Shown here piece after piece: positions 1 to 11,527 of a stretch of 64,000 bases of DNA. The notes beneath the pieces are model-generated. The model did not search any database and had not been told where the DNA came from. It saw nothing but the letters and a program-made list of their open reading frames with translations. Numbering within the stretch: position 1 is the first letter of the stretch; each line of letters opens with the position of its first letter. The translations under genes and the position numbers were made by a program. The stretch comes from Okamejei kenojei (taxonomy: Eukaryota): the NCBI GenBank assembly GCA_035221665.1, contig CM069156.1, forward strand, positions 26,412,001 to 26,476,000, written 5' to 3'.

Positions 1-47
1 TTTCTTCAGGCCACAGACAGGGCGCTCTCAGTCACCATGGAACTCCC

Positions 48-82
<35 letters not shown>

Positions 83-2865
83 AGATGCAGCTTTTTCCAC
101 CACTGCCTCCTCCTCCCGTTGCTTTGTTTGCTCCCCCCCCCCCCCCCCCTCCGTTGCCGCATCCACCTCCTCACCTGGAGTCACCAAAATCACTTTTGAC
201 AGTGGTGGAAGGGAGAGTGGCAAAGGTATTCACGATTTTGGAGGAGAAGTAGGCAACAGAAGAGGGGGGAGCGGACAAAGTGAAAGTCAACAAGAAGAAA
301 CAACAACCAGTGAGAGGGAAGGGAGTCCTATAATGATAAAGTGAGTTATGTCCCTGGTGGTGGTTCGAAGAAAGTGCTGTTGGCCCGGGCTACAACATGA
401 GCCACAACAACAGCCGTCAACCGGATGTGCCATCAGTGCCTAGTTTTAAGGTGAAATTACACAAAATGCTGGAGGATAGTCAGGGAACATCTCTGGAGAA
501 CATGGATTGGTGATGTTTCGGGTCGGGGCCCTTCTTAAGACTTGAAGGATCCTGTCCAAAAATGTCACCGATCCATGTGCTCCAGAGGTGCTGTCTGACC
601 CGCTGAGTTGCTCCAGCACTTCATATCATTTTGTGTATCACCCAGCATCTGCAGTACTTTGTTTTTATCTATTTTCAAGGCGATTCCGACTAGCATAAAA
701 TCGGATGTGCAAGGGTATATAGAACTTAATCCTTGTGTAAATCCAGGGGGTGCCTGTATTGCATGTAGATGAAAAGACTTTCAACAGGCTGCTGGTATGT
801 AAAGTGCTCAGTTCTTGCAAGAATTTGGAATTAATTAATTATAGCAATGGACTAAATTTGATGCAATTTTATCAGATAAAAGCTATTTGGAGCAGTTGGG
901 TGGCATGTCATTTAAGACTGGAACCTAAGTTCTCATTTTTCACGGTCATAAACCTAGAACAGTACAGCACAGGGATGGGCTTTTTGGCCCACAGTGCCAA
1001 ACATGATGCCAACATAAACTAAACTCATCTGCCTGCACCTGATCCTTATCCCTCCATATCCTACATATTTATATGCCTATCTAAAAGCCTCTTAAATGCC
1101 ACTATCATCTGTCTTCCCCACCAGCATTCATGCACCCACCACTTAAAAAAAAACACCTTGCACATCTCCTTTAAACTTTGCCACCCTCACCTTGAAGCTG
1201 TGCTTCTAGTCTTTGATATTTCCACTACGGGTGAAAGGTTCTGACTGCCTACTCCTTCTCATTTCCTTTCAACACACCACTTAAGCACAGTCACGTACCT
1301 TTGTTCCCACACTTCTGTGCCAGGTCACAATTGTCGAAGCCCATGATCCCAGTTATATGTTAAAGCCCAAAGCACTGACTTTATTTAAGTTTGAGCAACT
1401 CTACTTGCCCACAGCACTGTGGCGGTGAAACACACAGCAGTATTAAGGGATGTTAAGCTTGAGCATTTAAATTACCGTGGGCGGCTGTCTGAATGCCCCA
1501 GCTTGTACATTGTTGAATTCATCTGGTAAGGGAGGTTTTATGAGGGGGAGATAATTGGCAGATTCATTATCTCCTCTGATGTGAGAGGAGAAAAGGCTGC
1601 TGTATCTGCAGGCCAACTGGCAATTTCTTTCATCCCCCGCCACATTTGTAATTATATGAAAGCAGCAGAACAGATGAAGTGTGGGAGGGTAGTTCCCACA
1701 TATCTGCTGTTCTTGTCTGTCTTGGTATGGAAGACTCTGGCTTTGTGCATTGCTCCATTGCAATTAGTGGAAGCTGCACTGTCATTCTCTAAACACCTTT
1801 TATGTACTTGGCTCCCAAACTGTTGGTAGTGTGAGAACAACCAAAAATGAAGGGAGTCAAATGTTCTTTAAGAACAAAAAGCATAGCCTCCTTGGGAATC
1901 AGACTCTAGCTATCAACCTTATCTATGTCCATCATAATTTTTATCACCTCATTTACTCGATTGCAGTCAGCATCTATCTCATAACTCAGTCCTCCAATTC
2001 ATGCAAAATCCCTGTGAATCTTTTCTGTACTCTCTTGACTTGAATCACATCTTTCCTGTAGCGTGGTGGCCAAAATTGTGTATAATACTCCAAGTGCGGC
2101 CTAACCATGACAAAAAAGGTAATGTATTTTTGAAACCATCCCTTGCAGCATGAGTTGTTGAATGCTGCTTAAAGAGTTAAACATTTGAAGCGGACTGGAC
2201 AATCAAGGTAGATTATCAAGTGCGGGTTACTAAATGGCAGGAATGCATTTTCTACATAACATATTTCAAACCAATGTGTTAGAAAGTACAGCAGATGCTG
2301 GTTTAAATTGAAGGTAGAGAAAATGCTGGAGTAACTCAGCGGGACAGGCAGAATCAATGGAGAGAAAGAATGGGTGACGTTTCGGGTCAAGACCCTCCTT
2401 CAGTCTGAACAAGGGTCTCGACCCGGACGTCACTCGTGTTTCAAACCATCCACTGTATTTAAACCTCAGCATGGGTTACAAAGCTGTCCAAATAAATCGT
2501 CAGGTTTATTGTCACATGCATAAGCGCAGTGAAGTGCAGGCACAATTAAAATCTTGCTTGCAGCGGCATCACAGGTACATGGACTCAATTAACGCACAAA
2601 AACAGAAATGTGTTAAATGATTGTTATCTGAGAACACTCTCAAAAACACAGTCTTTTTTAAGTTCAGGCAAAGTTTTAATTTGGGTTTTACTTGTTTATA
2701 CATTAAATTTGCTTGTTTGTAAAACTCGCCCTGCTCATTCTGTTGCAACAAAGTAGGCATTGATTGGAACCTTTGAAATGTTCTCAGTGGGGCACTCAAC
2801 CACACAGATGAAAGGTTCAAAGCTCAATGAGTTTGTATTGGTATCAGCTAACTAAAATGGAATGT

Positions 2866-3250
2866 TCATACTGCTGGGGTGTAAACTACCCAAGTGAAAT
2901 ATGAGGTGGTGTTCCTCCAATTTGCACTGTGCCTCACTCTGGCAATGGAGGAGGGCCAGGACAGAAAGGTCAGATTCAGAATGGGAGGGGGAGTTGAAGT
3001 GTTGGGCAACCGGCAGATCAGGTTGGTTAGTACAGACTGAGCGGAGGTGTTGGGCGAAGCGGTCAGTGAGCCTACGCTTGGTCTCGCCGATGTAGGGAAG
3101 GTGACACCTACAACAGTGGTTGCAATAGATGAGGTTGGAGGAGGTGCAGGTAACCTCTGCCTCACTTGGAAAGACTGTTTGGGTCCTTGGATGTAATCAA
3201 GTGTAGCATTTCCTGCGGTTGCATGGGAAAGTACCAGGGGAGGGGGTGGT
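2866..3250 (-). mobile_element. Penelope-like element, GIY-YIG endonuclease fragment
   Basis: The minus strand encodes LYIGETKRRLTDRFAQHLRSV and HCQSEAQCKLEEHHLIFHLGSLHP. Confidence 0.85.
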
Positions 3251-3279
3251 CTGGGTGGGAAGGGGCGAATGTGCTCAAT

Positions 3280-3865
3280 CCTCCAAGGTCTGCTGGATCT
3301 CCCAGTTGCTAACCATTTTAAATCCCCTTCCCATTTCCATAACAACCTTTTTGTTGTGGGCCGCCTCCATTGTCATAGAGATGCCACACGCAAGCTTGTA
3401 GGAGGAACAGCAAATCGTATTCTGCTTGAGTAGCTGACCACCCAACAATGTGAATATTTAATTCTCCTAGTTCGGGAAATTAACTAACACCCCCCCCTCC
3501 CCTTTTATCCCCTTCTCTTCCCTGTGCTCCACCTGGATGTGCACCTATTTCTCGCACTACCACATTCCCTTCCACCTCCATCCCTTCGTCTGTCTTCACA
3601 CTTTGCGCCTCGTCTCCTTATCTTGTAGCCTTTCAACTTCTTCCCACATCTGGTCTTTGTCAACTCATCTGCCTATCAAAACCCCTTCACCTGAATGCAC
3701 GTCTTGCTTGCCTGGCCTCGTCCTGCCCTCAGCTTTCATTCCCACGCTATAATAAGTCTAACAACTGTCGACCCCTGACTACAATCAGTCTGAAGAAGAT
3801 CCAGGCCGAAACGTTGCCTATCCATGTTCTCCAGAGACGCTGTCCTGACTTGCTGAGTTCGTCCC
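3280..3865 (+). mobile_element. Penelope-like element 3' end (endonuclease C-terminus plus terminal repeat), head-to-head with 2866-3250
   Basis: Degenerate endonuclease C-terminal coding sequence, a pyrimidine-rich UTR, then ctgaagaag...ccgaaacgtt and the shared tail. Confidence 0.75.
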
Positions 3866-4746
3866 GCAGGTTGTAATTTGCTTTATAAATATTACATTTA
3901 GCTCCCTTATCTGAATCATTGAAGTGCACTGTGAATAGATATTAATATTACAAAACCAATAATGTTTTAAGATAAGATTTCTGCACATATCAAATTGCAA
4001 GGGACCAAACAATGACCTGTAGATTTAAAAATAGATGCTACATGTGTGAATAGAAACACAAATTCCTCTGAGTCCAATATCTGCTTTTGAATAAAGTATC
4101 TTGAAGGTGTCAGTTCTATGAATTTGGAGAACAATTGGGCACCATTACACCCAGCAGCTAACTGGCTAAAATGTCAATTTTCTCAGCAAGTTAATGTTCA
4201 ATTTTTTGCATTTGTCGAATGCATCAGCTCATCAAACGTAAGCTGCAAGGAATGTTTATTTAGACACAAAATGCTAGAGTAACTCAGCAGGACAGGCAGC
4301 ATCTCCAGTGTTTTGTGTCTAACTTTGATTTAAACCAGCATCTGCAGTGCTTTCATACACATTTTGTCTGCTCCACTGTGAAATTGACTCAAGGTATGTC
4401 TACCTTGAAGAAGTACATTCCTTCTCTTCAGAGATGCTGCCTGTCCTGCTGTTACTCCAGCATTTTAAACCAGCATCTAAAGTTCCTTCATACACAGGAT
4501 TGTATATTTGTCTGACTATCCAGCGCTTGTGTTGGATGTGAAAATTTCTCCAATGATGGGGAGGTGCGGAGAGAGGAGGAGGCGGTGGAAGCAAACCCAC
4601 CTCAGGCCGGCCCAGCAATGGTGAAGAAGAGGCGGCGGCAGCAACAACCAGTGCAGCTACCCAAGAAGGCCCACCGTCACCGAGCGCATCTTGTCGGTGG
4701 CGGCGTCCAGCAAGCAAGCAGAGGCGCGGCATCTCGCTGGCTGCGC

Positions 4747-4938
4747 TATCGGTTGTTTACACTCGTGATCGAGTGGCTGACTGGGAGCTGCGGCTCGCTG
4801 CTGCCGTTGCCCAGCATCTTGAGAGAGTATCGTACTGGATATCGCTAGCCTGGGAAAAGATCTGAATGTGTATTGCTTTTGCACCATCGTAAAGTTAAAA
4901 TATCTTAAGTCGAAGCATCGTAAGTCGAGGAGCATCTG
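4747..4938 (+). mobile_element. Tigger4/Zombi-like (pogo family) DNA transposon, right end
   Basis: Ends cgtaagtcgaggagcatctg followed by TA. The internal sequence gtggctgactgggagctgcggctcgctg...atcgctagcctgggaaaagat matches the Tigger4 consensus as I recall it. The left terminal inverted repeat (TIR) is not visible. Confidence 0.75.
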
Positions 4939-6215
4939 TAATACTGTGTGAACAATTCTTTCTTCCAACTCTAGCCTCTTGTACATTCTCCATTTCACTT
5001 GCTTCACTATTAGCAAATGTTATTCATCTACCGAGACCATGAATTTTGCCTTAATCTCCACCCCTCTACCTCCGTGTAGCTTTCAAATTTAATCTTAAAA
5101 TCTAAGCCCAGCTCCTTGATCAAGCTTGAATTTGTTCTGGTTAATTTTGCACGAGTTCATTCCTATTAAGTGCCTTGTGATGTTTTCTTATGATAAGCAT
5201 AGTATATAGGTTGGTATCCCTTTGTCGAGATTCATTTGGATAATGCAATGATTTCCATCTCAGTGGGCTGATCTACTTCAGTAATGCAATCGTGCCCATA
5301 AAACCCATGGCTTTGATTGTAAATGGTTTGAAGCCACAAACGTCTGTCTGTGTTGTCCGACAAAGTAATTTTCATATTGTGATCTCATCTGTTAGCTTGA
5401 AAGTGTTCAAAGATAGCTGCTCAAATCTAGTCAAGTTCCGAGTTTTCCAGGAGCAGCTGAAAGTTTGTTGTAGGTGTATGTATTCTGGGAATTTAATACA
5501 TGTCTTAACTAGGTTGACATACTGATACAAATCTTTCCCATTTGGAATCTCCTTTGCAATGTGTAAATGATGGGTAGCTTGAAAATTTCAAGATGGAAGA
5601 GGCACAGTTCCAAAAATATATTTTGGTTCAATTATGTAACTGGAGGAGCGGTTGCAATTTTTTTGTGAAACTGGGAATTATGAGCTTAATGTTGTTTCTT
5701 GGTGCCAGTATGTTAGTTTTGAGTCGGGTTCACCATTTATTCACTCTATTCTACTTCTCCTTTTCTGTTTTGCAATCGAGTCATCTGATGTCCTGAATCC
5801 ATCTCACTGCCGAGATGCTCTGTCATAATAAGGTCCTTGTGTCACCTACAATGGACAATTAGAAGAATAAGCACTGAGTAATTGTGAAGGAATCACGGAT
5901 CGGTGTAAGACGTGTTGTACAGGAATTCACTAGCAGCAGTTTGATGGAATATTGGTACGGAATATTCCTCTGAATTTTTAGTTGTGCAAATGCTCTAAAA
6001 GCATTTACTGAGTTGCATGCATCAGCAATGGCTTCATAACACTAATTACACAAACATGAGATCAACTTTTCAAAAATGCAGACAAGGAGATGAATAGATA
6101 GGGCGAACACAGTCTTTTCCCCCAGTATAGGCACATCAAGGACATGAGGGGATAGATTTAAGATGATAGATTAAATACGAACCTGGGGGGCAATCTTTTC
6201 ACACAGAGGGTGTTG

Positions 6216-7039
6216 CAGGGCTCTCACTTAACTTATTTTTCCCTGTTTCCAGCCGTGCAACCTAGGCAGCTTTTTAGGTTGCCAAATGACGGTTCAGGTG
6301 GTCAGTGCAGGATGAATAGATTTGGGGGGGGGCACAGGGGATGTCAGTGAGGACTGAATAGAGGCGGGAATGGGGATCAGTGTGGGATAGAGAGGAGGGG
6401 TGCCAGGATGAGGAGCGCGAGAGATATCGATCGATCGATCCTCGGACATCACCGGCATCCTCGCTCCGCTGCCTTGGCCGTCCCTGTCCACCGCCAAGTG
6501 CCGCCGCCAAAGGGAGAGGCAGTTAGGATCTCCTCGCCACTGCCTCCCCTCCTCCGCCAGCCAACAGGAAGGTGCAGGGCCAAGCGGTGCAGGTGCTTCA
6601 GACGGCAGAAGAGGCCTTTCCCTGCCCCCCCCCTTCCTCCCTCCTGCCGGCCTCGGCGTGTGGGAGGGTTTGTTTTGAAAGTGGTTATCGCCGTTGGCGG
6701 TGTGGCAAGCAGTGGCCAAAATCAGGGCGGGCAGGGTGCGGGAGGAGGAGGAGGTGCAGCCGATGCTGCTGTGCGGATCTGTCATTCGCTCCGACCCTCC
6801 GTCACCCCGCACCTAGTATCTTTCCCCGTACTACAGCCGTCGCCGACACGAAGCGTCACTTATTCCTTTTCTCCAGAGATGCTGCCTGACCTGCTGAGTT
6901 ACTCCAGTTTTTTGTGCCTATCTTCGGTACAAACCAGTATCTGCAGTGCCAAGCCGGGCAAAATGACTCGGCATTTAGGTTGTCCGGCGGCATGTTAGGT
7001 GGCCATTGGCACCCGGACAACCGCTAATTTCGAGCCCTG
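6216..7039. mobile_element. Non-autonomous DNA transposon (hAT-like termini), GC-rich interior
   Basis: Termini cagggctc...gagccctg. It interrupts a CR1 fragment (acacagagggtgttg | ggttgggtatatggaac) and contains a Penelope-tail piece at about 6850-6945. Confidence 0.75.
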
Positions 7040-7417
7040 GGTTGGGTATATGGAACAGAGCTTCTCTATCAAGTTTGGAGTTTAGAATACTTGTTCAAAG
7101 AGGCCAATTGGGTGGTATTGGTGGCTTTTTTACATAGAATGTATTAACTTGATGACACAAGAAGTATTGAGTGTATGACAATAGAAATATAAAGAAAGCC
7201 ATGTACTATCTCATTTCTTGTATGTATTTATGAACACCTTGTTTTTGAAATTAAAAGATAGATGGCATATGAACCCTTGCTATATTAGTATATTGAACTG
7301 TTCCTTTGCTATATTAGTATATTGGTTCACACGATGTTTTACTGTGAGTTGTACGGTAGTGCAAGGTTTTTTTTTAAATGGTTCAACATTGTAATTATGT
7401 CATTTCTTCATTTCTAG

Positions 7418-7499
7418 GTGGCTGCTGTGGATCAGATCATAAGCAATATGTCATTGGGGGATGGGCCTGGGCCTGGTGGTGCGTCTCGCAGGCACAGAG
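7418..7499 (+). CDS. FLOT2: Flotillin-2 coding exon 2 (82 nt, phase 1 to 2): (G)GCCGSDHKQYVIGGWAWAWWCVSQAQ(R)
   Basis: Flanked by tttctag| and |gtgaga. The translation matches the vertebrate FLOT2 N-terminus (GGCCGSDYKQYVFGGWAWAWWCISDTQR), including the Cys-Cys pair that is palmitoylated in mammals. Too short for the ORF track. Confidence 0.96.
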
Positions 7500-7515
7500 G
7501 TGAGATAGGCAAGGG

Positions 7516-7535
7516 CTCTCTCTCTCTCTCTCTCT
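7516..7535 (+). repeat. (CT)n microsatellite just downstream of the exon 2 donor
   Basis: ctctctctctctctctctct is directly visible. Confidence 0.9.
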
Positions 7536-8100
7536 ACACTCCCTTTTCCTCTTTTTCTTCCTCGCCAAGGTATGCGAAGCTGTGTAAATGAATATTTGAT
7601 GGGAATAACATGCAAGGTGTCACCTTGCACCCATTGTCGCTGATTGCCTGTGGTAAGTGGGCGGAGCTGTCAGCCTCCCTATTTTTCAGAAAATATGATT
7701 TGTATTTCAATGCATTTTACATTTTCTATCACTTGAGTGAATGTTAAATTACAGTGAATGTAAGTTTTATTTGTTTATATTCAGTATATGATGACACATT
7801 ACCAAGGGCTAGGTTGTTACTAGTCTTTCTCTGCAAAATATTGGTTTTGCCTGCTGTGAACATCTTTGCTAATATAATTTTTATTTTCAATAATTTTCTT
7901 CTATATTGTCTTTTTAACTAAAAATGTCGTGTCCATAGAAGGATATGGTGAGAAGCTCAATAAGGTAACATGTACGGGGAAAATAACTATTCCAAAATCA
8001 AGAAACTTGAGCATTGACACAGGATATCCAGAATCTGTCCATTTTCTTGAGTGGTATGGCACATGTTTTTAAATAACTTAAAATTTTAAGTATTTAAATA

Positions 8101-8392
8101 GTGTAGAGCTGTTGCCTCACAGCACCATGGACACTGGTTCGATCCTGATCCCCAGTGATCTCTTTGTGGACTTTTTGTCTTCCCTGTGACCACATAGTTT
8201 TTCTCCAGGTGCTCTGATTTTCTTCCAAATCAAAGACATCGGGTTATGAAAGTTAATTGGCCTCTGTAAATTGCCCTTCATGTGTATGGAGTAATTGCGA
8301 AAGTGGAGTAATATAGACCGAGTGAATGGGTGATCGATGATCAGCGTGCACTTGGTTGGACGAAGGGCCTGTTTCCATGCTGTATCGCTAAC
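8101..8392 (+). mobile_element. HE1-type tRNA-derived V-SINE (other copies at 49538-49825 +, 37500-37787 -, 44503-44675 plus 45263-45400 + split, and fragments at about 15610 and 57490-57620)
   Basis: tRNA-like head (gtagagctgttgcctcacagc...ggttcgatcctga), conserved core (ctccctgtgacc...ctccagtttcc...aaagac...gttaattggc) and a gaagggcctgtttcc tail shared with CR1 3' ends. Confidence 0.8.
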
Positions 8393-11300
8393 ACTAATCC
8401 TGTCCATTTCCTTCAATGGTTTGTGAGGTATATTTAAATAACTAAAATATCTTTAATTTTAATATAATGAGTTCTGGTGTTATTTGCAGCAGTAAATTGT
8501 ATTTCCAGTTGTTAGATTGACTTCAGGATTAAATGATAGGGCACAAATTAAAAGCGGAAGAAATAATGGAGGGAGTGAAGACAGTATGTGTACAAATAAC
8601 TGATCAAAAGTGTAAGCTGACATGGTCACTTAACATTTTGCTTATTTCATTCTTGGAAATGTTCTGGCAGTGCTTGGGTCGGGGAACTTGCTTTCACAAA
8701 TAAGAGATAAAATAAACTTACCTTCTCATTGTTTTTTAAACTTATTTGGGAGAGATAAGTGGATCCAAAGTTGCGCACACTCAACAAAACTTATTGATCA
8801 GCTGCTGTGTGTTGATGGAAATAATGTTTATTTATTTATTTTTTTAAACTTCCTATAAACACCTTGAAGTAATGTTTTTGGTATGATAGTGGGAAGTGAA
8901 TTTGCTCTTTGCAAGGATGCACTTTTCACTGCCGTATTGAATGTCCTAATTGCATGTGCTGAACAGTTTCCAAATAGCTTAAACTGGTTTTGTTTTTAAT
9001 TCCCTGCACTGCAATTTACAGAAATCCATTCTCCAGTCATAAATATTCTTGAGCCATTTGGTTCACTGCCAATTCTGAGGAAACAAAAAGGAACTTACTG
9101 CTCTAGTCTCATTGCCCTTGTATGCTTTGATGCAAAGCTTTTTTGATGTTCTTTGCATTTGAGGGTGTTATCACTGCTGCAGCAGTGAGTTGACAAGAAA
9201 GAATAAATCTCATTGTGTACAAACTGTCTTTGTCTTATGTTACCCCACCAAAAAAAATTGACAAGTAGTTTACCAATTCTTCCATAAATATATTCAAAAA
9301 TGACCAGTGTACTTGAGATAGATGGATTTTCAGCTAAAATGGTCCATGCTAGTGTATTGCTGCCTTTGAACCGCCTTTCATTTTCCCTCATCTGCTTCGA
9401 TGAACATGAACATCTGTTTCCATCTACCTCATATTCTTGAGCCTCAACCCATCCCTGTTGGACTAGATTCAACATTCTGGCTGCTCTTTTGGTTGAAGAA
9501 GTTTCTCTTAAATTTTATCTTGCATTGATGGTTCTTAGTTCTGCTCTTCCCCACTGGGGAAATCTCTCTCTAGTCCATCACAATCTTGGTGACATGCTTC
9601 TTCACTTCCTTCGTCCTCCCTCTCCACATCTCACGTTGCTTTTTCAAAAGAGAACCCAGTTCTTTTTTTAAATCTCAACAATATATGCGGTAAATGGAAT
9701 CATTGTATTTTCCTGAATTCACTGCACCATCAGTTCAAAGCATTATCTTAAACTGTCAGTGCTGCCTGTAAAGTACTTTAGAGGAGTGGCACCCTTGTGT
9801 CCAACGGCAACAAGTTCCTAGATTCTGCTCCTTCCCCACAGCCTTTGTAATTCTACACATACACAGAATCTGGACAGGTAGAACATTAGTATGTAATGTC
9901 ACTTGGTGTTTGCCTCCCATGTTTCCATGCACAACTAGATACAGCCATGCACAAAGTTGGCCATCAGGATAAAGACAACATTGGCTATGATGTTCCAATC
10001 ATCCAAATCTCCATTTACTGGAGTCACGCGTTGCATCAAGATGGACTTTCTTCATCTTGGAACCTCAGATGAAACCGAAGATGTCAAAGGGCCCGTTTCC
10101 ATGATGTATCTCGACACTAAACTACCACGGTGCAGGACAGGGTATGGGTCACACTTTCACTCTACACAGCAGCACCACGAGCACAATGATCAGAATTTTG
10201 TCTTATGGATGGCAGAGTGCCACAACCAAATTCTGTTGGATCTTGTCTCTCCGTTCTAGCCAATTTCTACATTATGCTCATCTTCCTCTGAAGCAGATCC
10301 CTAGCACCTTCAGGTAGTCAGAACAGATAGTTATAGATGTTTGGTCAGGCCTGCTGCCAAAGAGCAAGGCCTCTTTCTGTGATTACCTCTGGCTCCACAA
10401 ACTAACTACAATTGATTGCTGATATTGACAACCTGCTATGTACGCCTTCACATTCTTGGATCATCTCGAAATCACCCTACTCTATCCAATGGCTCTATAT
10501 CTTTTTCATAATACGGTGATCAGAACTGTCCTCAGTATTCCAGTTGGTGCTATTTTTAAGTACTCATACCTGTTGTTCATTCTTTGAACATTTAATATTT
10601 CAGCCACCGTTTAGATATTGTGGCAATAGGGGAGTGTTTCCTGTTAAAAATTTATTGTGTTCGGTTAACTAAGTTTCATGCACTTGCACAACAGTCAGAA
10701 CGGTTATTGCTAGGCTACATCAGCTATTTTGTACTGCAGACTGTAGGAGCCGTTAATTTCAGATAGTGGGAAATCCAGTCGAGAAATTATGGGGTATTTC
10801 TTCATTTAGAATAGTTAGATTGGGTAACATGCAAGCATGGGCAAATAATTAGTAACCTTTCAAAATGAAATGAAGTCAATGGAAAGATACAGGGAGAAAC
10901 TGAATTAAGGTTAATGGGCTATGAGGAGACTGGATAGAGTTCTAAATATCTGAATTAGTTTTATGTAATTCCCTTGTGTCAACTTGGCTAAGTGGATAGG
11001 GTCTGTCTCCATATAGAGATTGTGGTTCAATTATCCCTTCCATTATCTGAGTAGTGCACTTAGAAAATAAACAGAATACAAAAATGTAAAAAGTCATACG
11101 CCACTTGGCTCATGCTTCATATTCAACGAGCCCATTGCTAATCTGACTTTTCTGAACTAACCCAGACCCTTTGATTCCTATAATATCCCAAAATCTTCCA
11201 ACCTCTCTTGAATATGATCAGCAACTGATCCTTCACAACTCTTTTGGGTAGAGAATCCCAATCTTTGAATAAAAAATGTTTAAATCTTGTTTATTTGTGG

Positions 11301-11527
11301 CAAACCCTTATTTTTGTGCCTGTGACCTCTGACTGAATTTGTGATTTTTCACCAGTTGTGAATTTTGTATGATTTGATGAGCTTGTCACATTCTTGTGAA
11401 CTCCAAGTGTAGGTCCAGTTTGCTTAATTCTCTCGTCAGGTGACAAACACTCTTTCCCAGAAATCAATCAGGTGAGCCTGGGTAGTAATCTCTCTCTCTC
11501 TCTTACTGCACATCCCTCTGCCACAGT

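Noticed and set aside
37-252. Poly-proline ORF (MELPPPP...) as a gene or as FLOT2 exon 1
   Set aside because: It arises from poly-C homopolymer runs and has no similarity to the expected exon 1 peptide (MGNCHTVGPNEALVVSG). I found no such exon in 1-7417.
6274-6998. Several long overlapping ORFs (up to 196 aa)
   Set aside because: They are a by-product of the GC-rich interior of a non-autonomous transposon and contain no recognisable domain.
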